Assembly (NCBI GenBank): GCA_963701095.1
Contig: OY969564.1
Span: 2,112,001-2,176,000, forward strand
DNA length: 64,000 nucleotides
Source of the DNA: an uncultured Methanoregulaceae archaeon
GTDB taxonomy: Archaea > Halobacteriota > Methanomicrobia > Methanomicrobiales > Methanospirillaceae
Reading direction: 5' to 3'
This document shows, piece after piece, positions 30,053 to 39,664 of this stretch. The translations under genes and the position numbers were made by a program. The notes under the pieces were generated by a model. It saw nothing but the letters and a program-made list of their open reading frames with translations. It ran no database searches and had not been told where the DNA came from. Position 1 is the first letter of the stretch. The number at the start of each line of letters is the position of its first letter.

Positions 30053-30244
30053 ATGGCAGATAAACCTGGGACATATGAATCCGCAATTTGCGGTCATTGT
30101 AGTGGTTTAGGATGCATATACTGCAATAAAACGGGAACCGTCCTTGTGCAGGCGCCTAAGAAGATCTGCCCTGAATGTGATGGGGTTGGTTGTATCTACT
30201 GCGGGTTTACGGGATGGGCGCACCCGAAAGGAAAATACGACTAA
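30053..30244 (+). CDS. small DnaJ-type zinc-finger protein
   Basis: CGHCSGLGCIYC..G and CPECDGVGCIYC..G. Confidence 0.75.
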   Translation: MADKPGTYESAICGHCSGLGCIYCNKTGTVLVQAPKKICPECDGVGCIYCGFTGWAHPKGKYD

Positions 30245-30250
30245 TAGTGT

Positions 30251-31444
30251 TTACCGGAACGTGCCCTCTACACGATGAGGAAGAACACACTCCACAAAAC
30301 GTTTTAAAAAATACCGGTCTGTCATACCGGCAATAAAATCCCGGACAATCCCTGCGGGAGGTGTCTTTTGGAGGTAATCCCCGTTGACCCAGGGGGCGTT
30401 TATAAAATCTGTAAAAATCCTTGAACTATGCCGATCTCCCTCAATATCCTTAAGATAGGTCGAAAACAGGACGTGGTACATACCGCGTATTTTCTCCCAT
30501 TCGGCAGTTAGTTTCGGACTATTGTAAATATGGTCCCGCGAGAAAATACGAAAATCTGTGAGCGTCCGTTCTATTTCCCGGCTATAGGAAATAACTCCCT
30601 TGTCCACAGAGTCGCTGTTGTCAACCAGATCATGGATAAGGGTGTCAACAATAGAGCGATTGTCCTCTCCGAATATCTCCTTGAATTCCCGGGGGACTTC
30701 TTCCGGGCCTTTTATTATACCGATTTCCTGAGCGTCCTGAAGATCACGACCAATATAGGCAATAGTATCTGCAAATTTTACTACACATCCCTCAAGAGTC
30801 ATGGGAGCAATGGCCCTGTTTCCTGCTTCGCAGGCCTCGAATTTACGGTCAAATTCCAGCCAGTTATGGCAAGGTTTGGGAGAGATTGAGAGATCATCGG
30901 CTTCTCCATTATGGCAAAGTATCCCGTCCAGTACCTGAAGCGTTAAATCCTGATCTTCAATCCGGTCCAGTGATCTGACACTTTGAACGTTATGGGAAAA
31001 TTTTCCTATTCCGTGATCCTCACAGAGGTCAGAGAGGCAGGATTCGCCAAAGTGCCCATACGGAATGTGTCCGATATCGTGCCCCAGAGCGATAGCTTCG
31101 ATCAGGTCTTCGTTCAGGCGCAGGCACCTTCCGATGGTTCGTGCGATCTTTGAAACAAGCTGGACATGGATTACCCGGTGAGTAATGTGATCGTTTTCGA
31201 CGAGGTAAAAAACCTGTGTTTTATCGATATATCGTGTATAGGCCCTTGTATGGATAATCCGGTCCGCGTCTCTCGAATAGGGTGTACGGATATCTTCCGG
31301 TTTTCGGTTCTTCCTTCGAAGCGCCTGATAACTGCGGGATGCGTACGGAGAGAGCAGGGCTTCGCGCTCGTCAGTATACCGGTAAATGGACAACTCAAGG
31401 GTCGGTTTGCTCAGATCTCCCCGTTTTTCCATATGTATTGTCAA
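30251..31444 (-). CDS. HD-domain dNTP triphosphohydrolase (dGTPase-like)
   Basis: RTPYSRD.DRI, KTQVF, HDIGH.PYGH.GE, ADTIAY, DFIAGMTD. Confidence 0.9.
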   Translation of the reverse strand: MTIHMEKRGDLSKPTLELSIYRYTDEREALLSPYASRSYQALRRKNRKPEDIRTPYSRDADRIIHTRAYTRYIDKTQVFYLVENDHITHRVIHVQLVSKIARTIGRCLRLNEDLIEAIALGHDIGHIPYGHFGESCLSDLCEDHGIGKFSHNVQSVRSLDRIEDQDLTLQVLDGILCHNGEADDLSISPKPCHNWLEFDRKFEACEAGNRAIAPMTLEGCVVKFADTIAYIGRDLQDAQEIGIIKGPEEVPREFKEIFGEDNRSIVDTLIHDLVDNSDSVDKGVISYSREIERTLTDFRIFSRDHIYNSPKLTAEWEKIRGMYHVLFSTYLKDIEGDRHSSRIFTDFINAPWVNGDYLQKTPPAGIVRDFIAGMTDRYFLKRFVECVLPHRVEGTFR

Positions 31445-31487
31445 TCCGGTGAGCAGATAACCATAACGCTGACGCTATTGGGGAGAT

Positions 31488-31949
31488 TTATCTCCCATAA
31501 GTTACTGTAGTTTCGCCGTATTGGACTACATGTCCGGTCATTGCCTGTACAAGTTGTTCATTTGTCGCACCGGGTGCGAGATCAAGCTCGGTGTCTAGTC
31601 CATAGATCTTAAAGAAGTACCGGTGTTTCTGACCATGAGGAGGACAGGGGCCGTAATAGCCGATTTTGCCAAAACTATTCGTTCCTTGGACAATCTTTAT
31701 CGGGAAGGTGACGACCGGGTCCTTTGGTATCTTTTCCGGAATGAAACGTGCGAGTTCTATATTCCATGCGATCCAGTGAATAAAACCTCCGCCGCCTGGC
31801 GCATCGGGGTCATTGCAGATAACAGCAAGACATTTGGACCTTTCGACATTTACTGCACCTACTTCGATCTCAGGAGATTTGTCTTCCCCATCGCAGGTAT
31901 ACGCACTTGTCAGGTTCACCACAGAAATTCGAACACGTAATGGCTCCAT
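31488..31949 (-). CDS. YbhB/YbcL (PEBP/RKIP-like) protein
   Basis: TCDGED.SP, DPDAP, FIHW, YYGPCPP, HRYFF. Confidence 0.93.
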   Translation of the reverse strand: MEPLRVRISVVNLTSAYTCDGEDKSPEIEVGAVNVERSKCLAVICNDPDAPGGGGFIHWIAWNIELARFIPEKIPKDPVVTFPIKIVQGTNSFGKIGYYGPCPPHGQKHRYFFKIYGLDTELDLAPGATNEQLVQAMTGHVVQYGETTVTYGR

Positions 31950-32163
31950 GAGGTACTCACGTCCGTTCAAGAAGCAAAATGACCGGCTCTCTTGATAAAA
32001 ATGCTGTTCATGCATACCTTCAAACGTGGCATGCTGTGTGCTCGAATTGTAACGGAAAAACGGAAGTATCCTGTTAGAGAACCATTGTCATCGCCGCATA
32101 TTTATTGTGTTAAAAGCGAATAGTAGAGGAGATAAGTACCCAGTTGTACTCTTGAGGCAATAC

Positions 32164-33056
32164 ATGGAAAAGACACCTACTGGCACCTTGCCAGACAACC
32201 CAAACAAAGATTCCTGCTCGCATGAATGCTCCGGTTGCGCGACAGCAGGCACCTGTTCTGATGCGAAATCCAGTTTGCCCCCTAAAGCAGATATTGACGT
32301 AAGACATGTCATTTTGGTGCTTTCGGGAAAAGGGGGTGTGGGAAAATCAACGGTATCTGTTAATCTTTCCTACGCTCTTTCCAGTCATGGCTTTAAAGTA
32401 GGGCTCCTGGATCTGGATTTACACGGCCCAAACATTCCGAAAATGCTCGGTATTGAGGATTATAAACTCTCGACAATCGGGAATAAGATTGAACCGGTCC
32501 ACGTCACCGGGGCCCTATCAGTAATATCCATGGCGTTCCTGCTTCCTGATAAGAGTACGCCGATCATCTGGCGGGGGCCTATGAAAATGGCGGCGATTAA
32601 CCAGTTCCTCACCGATGTTAACTGGGGTTCACTTGATTATCTTGTTGTAGATCTCCCCCCGGCACTGGTGATGAAGCACTAACCATCGCACAACTCGCTC
32701 CTAACGTTCGCGGAGCGATTATCGTGACTACACCTCAGGATGTTGCCACTCTTGACTCAAAAAAAGCCATAAAGTTCGTTGAAAAACTTGGGTTGCCAGT
32801 TATTGGCGTCATCGAGAACATGAGTGGAATGGTCTGCCCTCATTGCGGTCAGGAAATAGATCTTTTCGGCAAAGGTGGTGGAAAAAAGATTGCTGATGAA
32901 ATGTCAGTACCTTTCCTTGGTGCCATTCCGATAGATATGGACATGCGAAAAGCCGGCGACGAAGGACGACCGTTCATTATCCGGCGCGGTGACAGCCAGA
33001 CGTGGACGAGCGTGGATAAAATTATGGAAGAGCTCATAAAAATTGTTGAAGGATAG
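32164..33056 (+). CDS. apbC: Mrp/ApbC/NBP35 Fe-S carrier ATPase (frameshift at the C-run ~32655)
   Basis: N-terminal Cys cluster, SGKGGVGKST, WRGPM, DLPP(GTGDE), TTPQ, ENMS..CPHC. Confidence 0.93.
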
Positions 33057-33061
33057 CCGTT

Positions 33062-33370
33062 ATGAATTATTTTCGGATACTCACCGGAACCGGAACCCCC
33101 CTCTCCATTTATGACCCGGTTATCTCCTGCTTGGAAAATCCCCTGGCATTTCCTGATCTTTTGGAACCGGTGTACCGGCAGGCAATGAAACTTGACGATG
33201 AAACGCTTGACCAGTTCCGGTTTGCTCTCCTGCGACTCCAGCTCTACGCGGATATCCATCGCAATGAAGATATGGAAAAGGCAATGCATATCCGGTACGT
33301 TTCCCAGGTATTAGAGAAAGTAATCTTTGGTACTCTTGTCATGGAGCCACAGGAATCTGATTCATCCTGA
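33062..33370 (+). CDS. hypothetical protein
   Basis: 102-aa ORF starting 5 bp after the Mrp stop, same strand. Confidence 0.7.
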   Translation: MNYFRILTGTGTPLSIYDPVISCLENPLAFPDLLEPVYRQAMKLDDETLDQFRFALLRLQLYADIHRNEDMEKAMHIRYVSQVLEKVIFGTLVMEPQESDSS

Positions 33371-33527
33371 TTATCCTCCCGTACCACAAAGCTATTATCG
33401 GGGTAAATATGCAAGGATGATACCTATAAGTGCCCCCCCTGCACATGTATATTTGAGTGCCCAAAGTATCCTGCAAAATTCTTTCTTCCAGGACCCTGAC
33501 TACATCACAAAACAGGACAGATATACC

Positions 33528-33983
33528 ATGACTTCACGCATGCATGCCCCTCATACTACCTGCCCCGGTTGCCAGGAGGAGGTTTTTCTTGATGAGCTGG
33601 TGGGAGGTAAATGTCCCCTATGCGGCTGTTCACTGGAGGATTTCGAAGAGTCCATAGGTGAATATGATGGTATCCTTGATCGTTCCGATCTTTCATGGTT
33701 AATCTTCAATTATTTTGTCTTTAAAAAATTCGTTGATCTTGGTGTTCCGCCCTCACAGATCATGGATTTTCTTTCAAGTTACGAGCAGAATGCTGAAAAA
33801 CCCCGGGAAGATGCGATAAAAACAGAGTTTTCCTTGGATCTTCCGATGGGAATACTTGATATAGTCCGGCCCAAGCGGTGTTCAAAATGCAACCGGCTCT
33901 TTGTGCGGGGTGGCCGAAAACAAATAACCGGCAATACGCATTCCACCATGGTAAAAATTCAATACTTGTGTGACCGGTGCTGA
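33528..33983 (+). CDS. hypothetical zinc-ribbon protein
   Basis: CPGC, CPLC, CSKC, CDRC. Confidence 0.75.
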   Translation: MTSRMHAPHTTCPGCQEEVFLDELVGGKCPLCGCSLEDFEESIGEYDGILDRSDLSWLIFNYFVFKKFVDLGVPPSQIMDFLSSYEQNAEKPREDAIKTEFSLDLPMGILDIVRPKRCSKCNRLFVRGGRKQITGNTHSTMVKIQYLCDRC

Positions 33984-34088
33984 ATTTTCGGTGATCATTT
34001 TTTTCAGATACATTTTTGGTACTTGCTGGTTAAGTAAGAATTATCGGAGCCCGGTAAGATAATAATGCAAGTACACGGCTTCTTTTGC

Positions 34089-35063
34089 TTACTTCCGTTG
34101 GGATACAATTATTATAATGCCGATGATGGCAAGGGCAGCACAACTGATGAGGAGGGGGAGCAGGACTCCATAAGTTGTCAGACTGGGAGGCAACGGAGAT
34201 TGCTTGGAAAGTGAAGTGTTGCCAGCTATAAGGTAGGGAAGAATGTTCAGATTTGCCGAGGCACTTTCAGATGTCGTATATTTTTGTTCGCTTATCGTCA
34301 CAATGTACGAACCAGCGGGAAGGCCGGGTTCATCGAGGGAAAATGTCCATTGGTTTGAATTGGTGCCTGCTTCTACGGGGATGTTTTGCGAAGTTATTAC
34401 TTCCCCTGAAGTAGCATTTTTGATCGCGACGTTGAGCTGATTTTCTGGCCCTATGTTTGTGGTTCCGGTGATAAGAAGGGCTTCGCCGGTAGTCTGATCG
34501 GGGAGATCGCCATTACTGTTTACCCGGTCAAAATGAATGGACGGCTCCTCGACAAAATAAAAAGAGGGAGTAAAAATATCGTCCGTATCCGGCTGCTTTG
34601 TGGAATTGAGAATGGTGCTGACGATCGGGGTAATGTTTGCCGGGAAAGATGAAATCTGCCCGATATCTCCTACGATTTTTCCCTGGTCTGCAATACGTAT
34701 CCCATCACTCCAGAGTAAAGGACCGATCTCAAAGTTTTTATTTCCCCCAGGATCCTGAATCAGAAAAGCATATTGTCCCGGGTAAAAAATGGTTGTCACT
34801 TTCGGCGAAATAACAAAGGTAAAATTTCCCTGCTTATTTGTCTTGGTTGTTACCGTTGAAAAGTAGTTCTGCCCGATTATCCAAAGGGTTACCGAACCGT
34901 TTTTTTCACCAGTACCCGAAAAAGTCACCGTATCGGCTTTCACAATAGTCTGTGGACTGCTGGTTACGACAATCAGTGCAGCAGATCCAGGAATGCCCAA
35001 TACTATAAACAGTGCAAGCAGTGTTACAACAATGGGCCATGCTCTCATATGGTTCTCTCGCAT
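34089..35063 (-). CDS. secreted Ig-like cell-surface protein with C-terminal TM anchor
   Basis: Signal peptide, ITGTTNI motif, terminal TM + RK. Confidence 0.75.
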   Translation of the reverse strand: MRENHMRAWPIVVTLLALFIVLGIPGSAALIVVTSSPQTIVKADTVTFSGTGEKNGSVTLWIIGQNYFSTVTTKTNKQGNFTFVISPKVTTIFYPGQYAFLIQDPGGNKNFEIGPLLWSDGIRIADQGKIVGDIGQISSFPANITPIVSTILNSTKQPDTDDIFTPSFYFVEEPSIHFDRVNSNGDLPDQTTGEALLITGTTNIGPENQLNVAIKNATSGEVITSQNIPVEAGTNSNQWTFSLDEPGLPAGSYIVTISEQKYTTSESASANLNILPYLIAGNTSLSKQSPLPPSLTTYGVLLPLLISCAALAIIGIIIIVSQRK

Positions 35064-35159
35064 TTACGGTGGTACCGATTAATATGATGCTTGTGTAAAT
35101 AGGGGGCGGTATTCTCTTTTAACATTAACTCACCCCAATGCAGACAAGCTTTTAATTCA

Positions 35160-36599
35160 TTAGTATGTCCTGCCAACGAGAGTTGCTTTGCCTGGCTTGT
35201 TGCAGATGATACAGGGTCCATCCGTAGTGTGGATATATTCCGATCTTACCTCAGTCCCGAGCAGGCTTGAATTCGCGCTCTCTTCTATAATGGTCCCGCA
35301 TGCCTGGTTACGACACCAGTGGATTACGGCAACTTTTCCTTCGTTAAGGATACTGTTCAAAGATTCCATTGAATCTGCCGTGCAAAGGTGAGATATCGTA
35401 TGCTCATCAGCTTTTAACCGGATTTGCATGGTAATATCTTCCAGTACCTTTGTAACTTCTTGTACTGCGGAGGCAAGTGAGATTGCGGTCTTCTCTCCGG
35501 TTGTCCGGCATACCGCCATCGTTTTTCCGGCGTCGAGATCTCTTGGTCCCAGTTCAAGCCTGAGTGGAACTCCCCGGAGTTCCCACCAGTAGTACTTTGC
35601 CCCAGGACGCAGGTCACGTGTATCCAGCATCACCCTGAAACCGGCCTTCTCAAGGTCGGCTTTGAGTTTTTCGGCAGCTATTATTACATCGACGTGACGT
35701 TTCCCGATGGTAATAGGTACAATCACAGCTTGGAAGGTTGCAACTGCCGGAGGGAGAATCAGGCCTTTATCGTCACCGTGAACAGAGATCAGAGCAGCAA
35801 TACAACGCTCTGATATGCCATAGCAGGTCTGGTATGCGATTTTCTGCTCCCCATTCTTATCCTCATATTTGATAGAGAATGTGCGGGAGAAATGATCGCC
35901 GAGATGGTGGACTGTACCTATCTGAAGGGTTTTACCATTGGGCATAATTGTGTCCACTGCAATTGTATAATCGGCGCCAGGGAATTTGTCCCAGTCAGGG
36001 CGTTTTGATATGATAATTGGAATGCATAGGCTCCTGTAAAACTCACGTGTAAGTGTTATTTCGGACTCTACCTGGGTTTCTGCCTCGTCCCAAGTTGCAT
36101 GTACAGTATGTGACTCCATGAACGAAGTGATCTCACGGAGCCGGATCAGGGGACGTGTCTGCTTTGTCTCGTAACGGAAGGTATTGACAACCTGATAGAT
36201 CTTTATAGGGAGATCCGCGTGGGAACGCACCCAGAGGGCAAACATCGGGTAAATTGCAGTCTCACTTGTTGGCCTGAGTGCCAGTTTTACTTCAAGAGGG
36301 GTAGTACCACCGTGTGTCACCCAGTAGACTTCGTTTTCGAATCCTTTGATGTGCTCGGCTTCTTTCATAAACTCTTGTTCAGGGATTAAAAGGGGAAACA
36401 GTGTTTCCTTGTGATCCCGGTCAAGCAGCTCGCGGAGGTGATTGTATACAAATTTGCGGACAGCAAATCCGTACGGATACCAGACGTAGAGCCCTTTTAC
36501 GGGATAGCGGACATCCATGATCTCCGCACGCCACAAAATTTCGTTAAACCATTCGGAAAAATCCTGTTTCTTTGGTAGGGTGCCCGCATCTTCGTTCAT
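35160..36599 (-). CDS. proS: prolyl-tRNA synthetase (archaeal/eukaryotic type)
   Basis: [30 protein letters not shown]-terminal Zn site and terminal Tyr. Confidence 0.98.
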   Translation of the reverse strand: MNEDAGTLPKKQDFSEWFNEILWRAEIMDVRYPVKGLYVWYPYGFAVRKFVYNHLRELLDRDHKETLFPLLIPEQEFMKEAEHIKGFENEVYWVTHGGTTPLEVKLALRPTSETAIYPMFALWVRSHADLPIKIYQVVNTFRYETKQTRPLIRLREITSFMESHTVHATWDEAETQVESEITLTREFYRSLCIPIIISKRPDWDKFPGADYTIAVDTIMPNGKTLQIGTVHHLGDHFSRTFSIKYEDKNGEQKIAYQTCYGISERCIAALISVHGDDKGLILPPAVATFQAVIVPITIGKRHVDVIIAAEKLKADLEKAGFRVMLDTRDLRPGAKYYWWELRGVPLRLELGPRDLDAGKTMAVCRTTGEKTAISLASAVQEVTKVLEDITMQIRLKADEHTISHLCTADSMESLNSILNEGKVAVIHWCRNQACGTIIEESANSSLLGTEVRSEYIHTTDGPCIICNKPGKATLVGRTY

Positions 36600-36608
36600 A
36601 AAACCCTC

Positions 36609-37202
36609 TTAAGCTACTATCTGTATGATTACCGGTGTAATAAAAGCCTCGACAACTGCTGCGACGGCAATAAGAGGTATTACAAACAGGAGAAAAAGCC
36701 GGGCCAGACGTGCCGCTTCAAAAGCAGAATCTGCTGCCCCATACCATTCAGCGATGAGTGTCTGCCCCATCAGAAATCCGAGAGCGCTTGCAATAATAAA
36801 CGCAGGAATTTCGAAAATGCCATGAGGAAGAATAGCGGCGGCTATAAAAATGGCCGAATGTGCCTTGCTGATGATCTCGGTGACAGCTCCGATAACGATT
36901 CCGTTCAGACTCAATATCGCAATCGTAAGAATGCCAAAAGAAGCTCCTCCAAGGAAAAGCAAGATGCAGGCATCGAGATTATTGGCAAATATATTAATGC
37001 ACATATTAACTGGATCGCTGATCGTAATCTGACCTGCAATCTCTCTTTGGAACATCTGGAGCAGTTGATTTCCTATTTCGGGATCATGTGCTGTACCGAT
37101 CCATCCTACAATCATTGCAACTAGAAAGAGGAGAACCGTGACAGTTATGGTATTGTATAGTGATGACTGCTCCGTAAAAGTGGGTATATCGGGGTCAGAC
37201 AT
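36609..37202 (-). CDS. SpoIIM/DUF95 family membrane protein
   Basis: IFANN, LNG, LPHGIFEIPA, VEAFITP. Confidence 0.9.
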   Translation of the reverse strand: MSDPDIPTFTEQSSLYNTITVTVLLFLVAMIVGWIGTAHDPEIGNQLLQMFQREIAGQITISDPVNMCINIFANNLDACILLFLGGASFGILTIAILSLNGIVIGAVTEIISKAHSAIFIAAAILPHGIFEIPAFIIASALGFLMGQTLIAEWYGAADSAFEAARLARLFLLFVIPLIAVAAVVEAFITPVIIQIVA

Positions 37203-38061
37203 AGAGGACCATCCGGACCATATCACGGACCCCCGGGGCGAGTCCGACCACTATCATCGCAAGAAGCACGAGGTACCAGAAAGCAGGATTGGCCTCTTTT
37301 CGATAAAGCTGCATAATATAGATAGCTGGGAAAAGGATGACCAGCTTAAGCGGATACATGACAAAGGCAGTCCCTGTCATCTGAATCAGACTTGACCCTA
37401 CTACGTGCTGCTCTATGTAGTGGACGGCAGGATGGAATGTAAGCCCGTAACTGGTGGCACTTGCATCCAGCATCTGCCCAAAAATGAGAGCAATGTAGAG
37501 TGGGTCACCTACATATTCCCAGGAAAGGACATACCTCATGCAGGACCAGACAAGGACAGACGAAGTCAGGGCCATAAGCAGAATTATTGCAAGAATGAAG
37601 AGATCGATATGAGTATACGCCATCCCCCATAATATCAGAATGAGCGAAATGACAAAGACCGATACACAGCCGATGAGAGCGTAAAATGAAATAAAGTCTT
37701 TTATAAGGCCGTGTTTCTTCAGGATGCCACCTATGAAAATTATCCCAAGCGTAAAGAAGAACAGGACGAAATAGATGGGTGGTGTAACGATGAGGTACTG
37801 CCAATCCCCCGTAATCATCCCAGTATCCTGAATAACACGGAGCACCCCGCCAAGTACTACATATGGTAATGTAGCGAGAATAAATGATGAATCAAGTTTT
37901 ATTCCGTGTTCTGAAAGCCACGCAGAATTCGAAAACCACCTGTATAGTAAATATACTCCGATGACAAGGATGATTGCATAGGTGATGGTTTCGACAATAT
38001 TGTAAGGCTCGCCATATTTCACGGGATCGATGTAGTATTTGTATATGAAATCACTAATCAT
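37195..38061 (-). CDS. DUF63 family membrane protein
   Basis: YYIDP..YNIVET.TYA, QMLDASAT, EQHV, GLAPG.RD. Confidence 0.88.
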   Translation of the reverse strand: MISDFIYKYYIDPVKYGEPYNIVETITYAIILVIGVYLLYRWFSNSAWLSEHGIKLDSSFILATLPYVVLGGVLRVIQDTGMITGDWQYLIVTPPIYFVLFFFTLGIIFIGGILKKHGLIKDFISFYALIGCVSVFVISLILILWGMAYTHIDLFILAIILLMALTSSVLVWSCMRYVLSWEYVGDPLYIALIFGQMLDASATSYGLTFHPAVHYIEQHVVGSSLIQMTGTAFVMYPLKLVILFPAIYIMQLYRKEANPAFWYLVLLAMIVVGLAPGVRDMVRMVLYV

Positions 38062-38072
38062 TCATTAACCGG

Positions 38073-39152
38073 ATGAGCCCAGATACTATAAAATTACTTA
38101 AAGAGAAGGTCTTTGATAAGTCCAAATGGATGCAGTTACCCCGGGATGTTGTAATTGGTCATGACGCTCTCAGCCAGATCCCCCCGGTCTGCGCCGATTT
38201 AAAAATGGGCAGATCAGCACTTCTGATCTCTGGTAAGAATACCATGAAGACGGCAGGAGAAACCGTGCGAGATCTCCTCTCCCAATCAGTGACTGTCAAA
38301 GTTTTTCTCGCTGATGAGATAAGTCCGAAAATTATTGAAGAGGGAGAACGGGCAGCTGAAGGAATGGATTTTGTTGTCGGTGTTGGTGGGGGAAGGGTTA
38401 TCGATACAGCAAAGATCGTGTCATACAATATTGACCGGCAGTTTATCTCCGTGCCGACAGCAGCATCGCATGACGGTATTGCCTCAGCCCGGGCATCTGT
38501 TCCCATGGGCGACGGGAATGTCTCGCTTGAAGCACATCCCCCGCTTGCTATCATCGCGGATACCGGTATTATCGCTTCAGCCCCACACCGTCTCCTTGCA
38601 GCCGGTTGCGCAGATGTGATCTCTAATTATACTGCTATTCTTGACTGGGAGATGGCACACCGTATCAAAGGTGAGCCGATGAGTGAATATGCGATAGCAC
38701 TTTCAAAAATGACTGCAGAAATCCTCGTTAAGAATGCAGACCTTATTAAGCCACATCAGGAACAATCGGCGTGGTTTGTGATAAAGGCGCTTGTGTCAAG
38801 CGGTGTCGCGATGAGCATTGCAGGGTCATCGCGACCCGCAAGCGGGGGAGAACACAAGTTTTCCCATGCTTTAGATCGGCTTGCCCCGGGAAAAGCATTG
38901 CACGGGGAGAGTTGTGGCATTGGTACGATTATTTCGATGTACCTGCATGGGGGTGACTGGAGAGGAATCCGCGAGTCACTTAGAACAATTGGTGCTCCGG
39001 TGACCCCGGCAGATCTTGGCATACCAGACGAGATCGCGGTCGAGGCTCTCCTGATGGCAAAGACTATCCGCCCGGAACGCTTTACAATCTTTGACGCGGG
39101 CATAACTAAAGAATCAGCGGAGAAGCTGGTTCATATGCTCTATGTGGAATAA
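38073..39152 (+). CDS. egsA: sn-glycerol-1-phosphate dehydrogenase
   Basis: LPRDV..G, GGGRVID.AK, PTAASHDGIAS, SRPASGGEH.FSH, LHGE. Confidence 0.97.
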   Translation: MSPDTIKLLKEKVFDKSKWMQLPRDVVIGHDALSQIPPVCADLKMGRSALLISGKNTMKTAGETVRDLLSQSVTVKVFLADEISPKIIEEGERAAEGMDFVVGVGGGRVIDTAKIVSYNIDRQFISVPTAASHDGIASARASVPMGDGNVSLEAHPPLAIIADTGIIASAPHRLLAAGCADVISNYTAILDWEMAHRIKGEPMSEYAIALSKMTAEILVKNADLIKPHQEQSAWFVIKALVSSGVAMSIAGSSRPASGGEHKFSHALDRLAPGKALHGESCGIGTIISMYLHGGDWRGIRESLRTIGAPVTPADLGIPDEIAVEALLMAKTIRPERFTIFDAGITKESAEKLVHMLYVE

Positions 39153-39188
39153 CCAAGAATGGCCGCGATATAGAATAGGAATTGTGCT

Positions 39189-39635
39189 ATGGTTGAGACA
39201 AAAACAAAAGTGACCCTTGTCGGAACAGTGCTTGCGAAACCCGGTATTGAATTTGTATATGAAGGAGAGTCCACGGAATGCGGAACCTGCAAAGTAAAAA
39301 AAGCGTGCAACAACTTGGTTAAGGGACACCGGTACCGGATTATTACTGTCCGTAGTACCCACCATGATTGTGCAATTCATTTCAACGGTGCAACAGCGGT
39401 GGAGGTTATGGAGGCCCCGGTAACCATGCTTATCAGTGCGGATATGGCAATGGTGAATTCCAGGATAAAGGTAGAATTCTCCTGCAATAAAGCGGACTGT
39501 AAAAGCTATGTTCTCTGCCGCCCGGATGGAGTGGTTGAAGGTGAAAAATATTTTATTGCAGATGTTTTAGGCAATGCCTCTGATATCTGCAGTAAAGGGC
39601 GAGCGCTTAAACTTGTCGAGATTAAACCCTCGTAG
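39189..39635 (+). CDS. UPF0179 family protein
   Basis: VTLVG..LAK.G.EF.Y, C..C..K.AC.NL..G.RY. Confidence 0.88.
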   Translation: MVETKTKVTLVGTVLAKPGIEFVYEGESTECGTCKVKKACNNLVKGHRYRIITVRSTHHDCAIHFNGATAVEVMEAPVTMLISADMAMVNSRIKVEFSCNKADCKSYVLCRPDGVVEGEKYFIADVLGNASDICSKGRALKLVEIKPS

Positions 39636-39664
39636 TCTCTCTCCAAATTTTTTGTCTCATCCTC

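Noticed and set aside
25141..30244. tRNA-Gly as the integration site of an island carrying the kinase cassette
   Set aside because: The cassette is on the tRNA's 5' side, with no integrase and no duplicated tRNA 3' end seen.
30251..31444. dGTPase as an antiviral nucleotide-depletion system
   Set aside because: It looks like the short housekeeping dGTPase-like form and has no defence genes around it; a profile search would be needed to exclude this fully.
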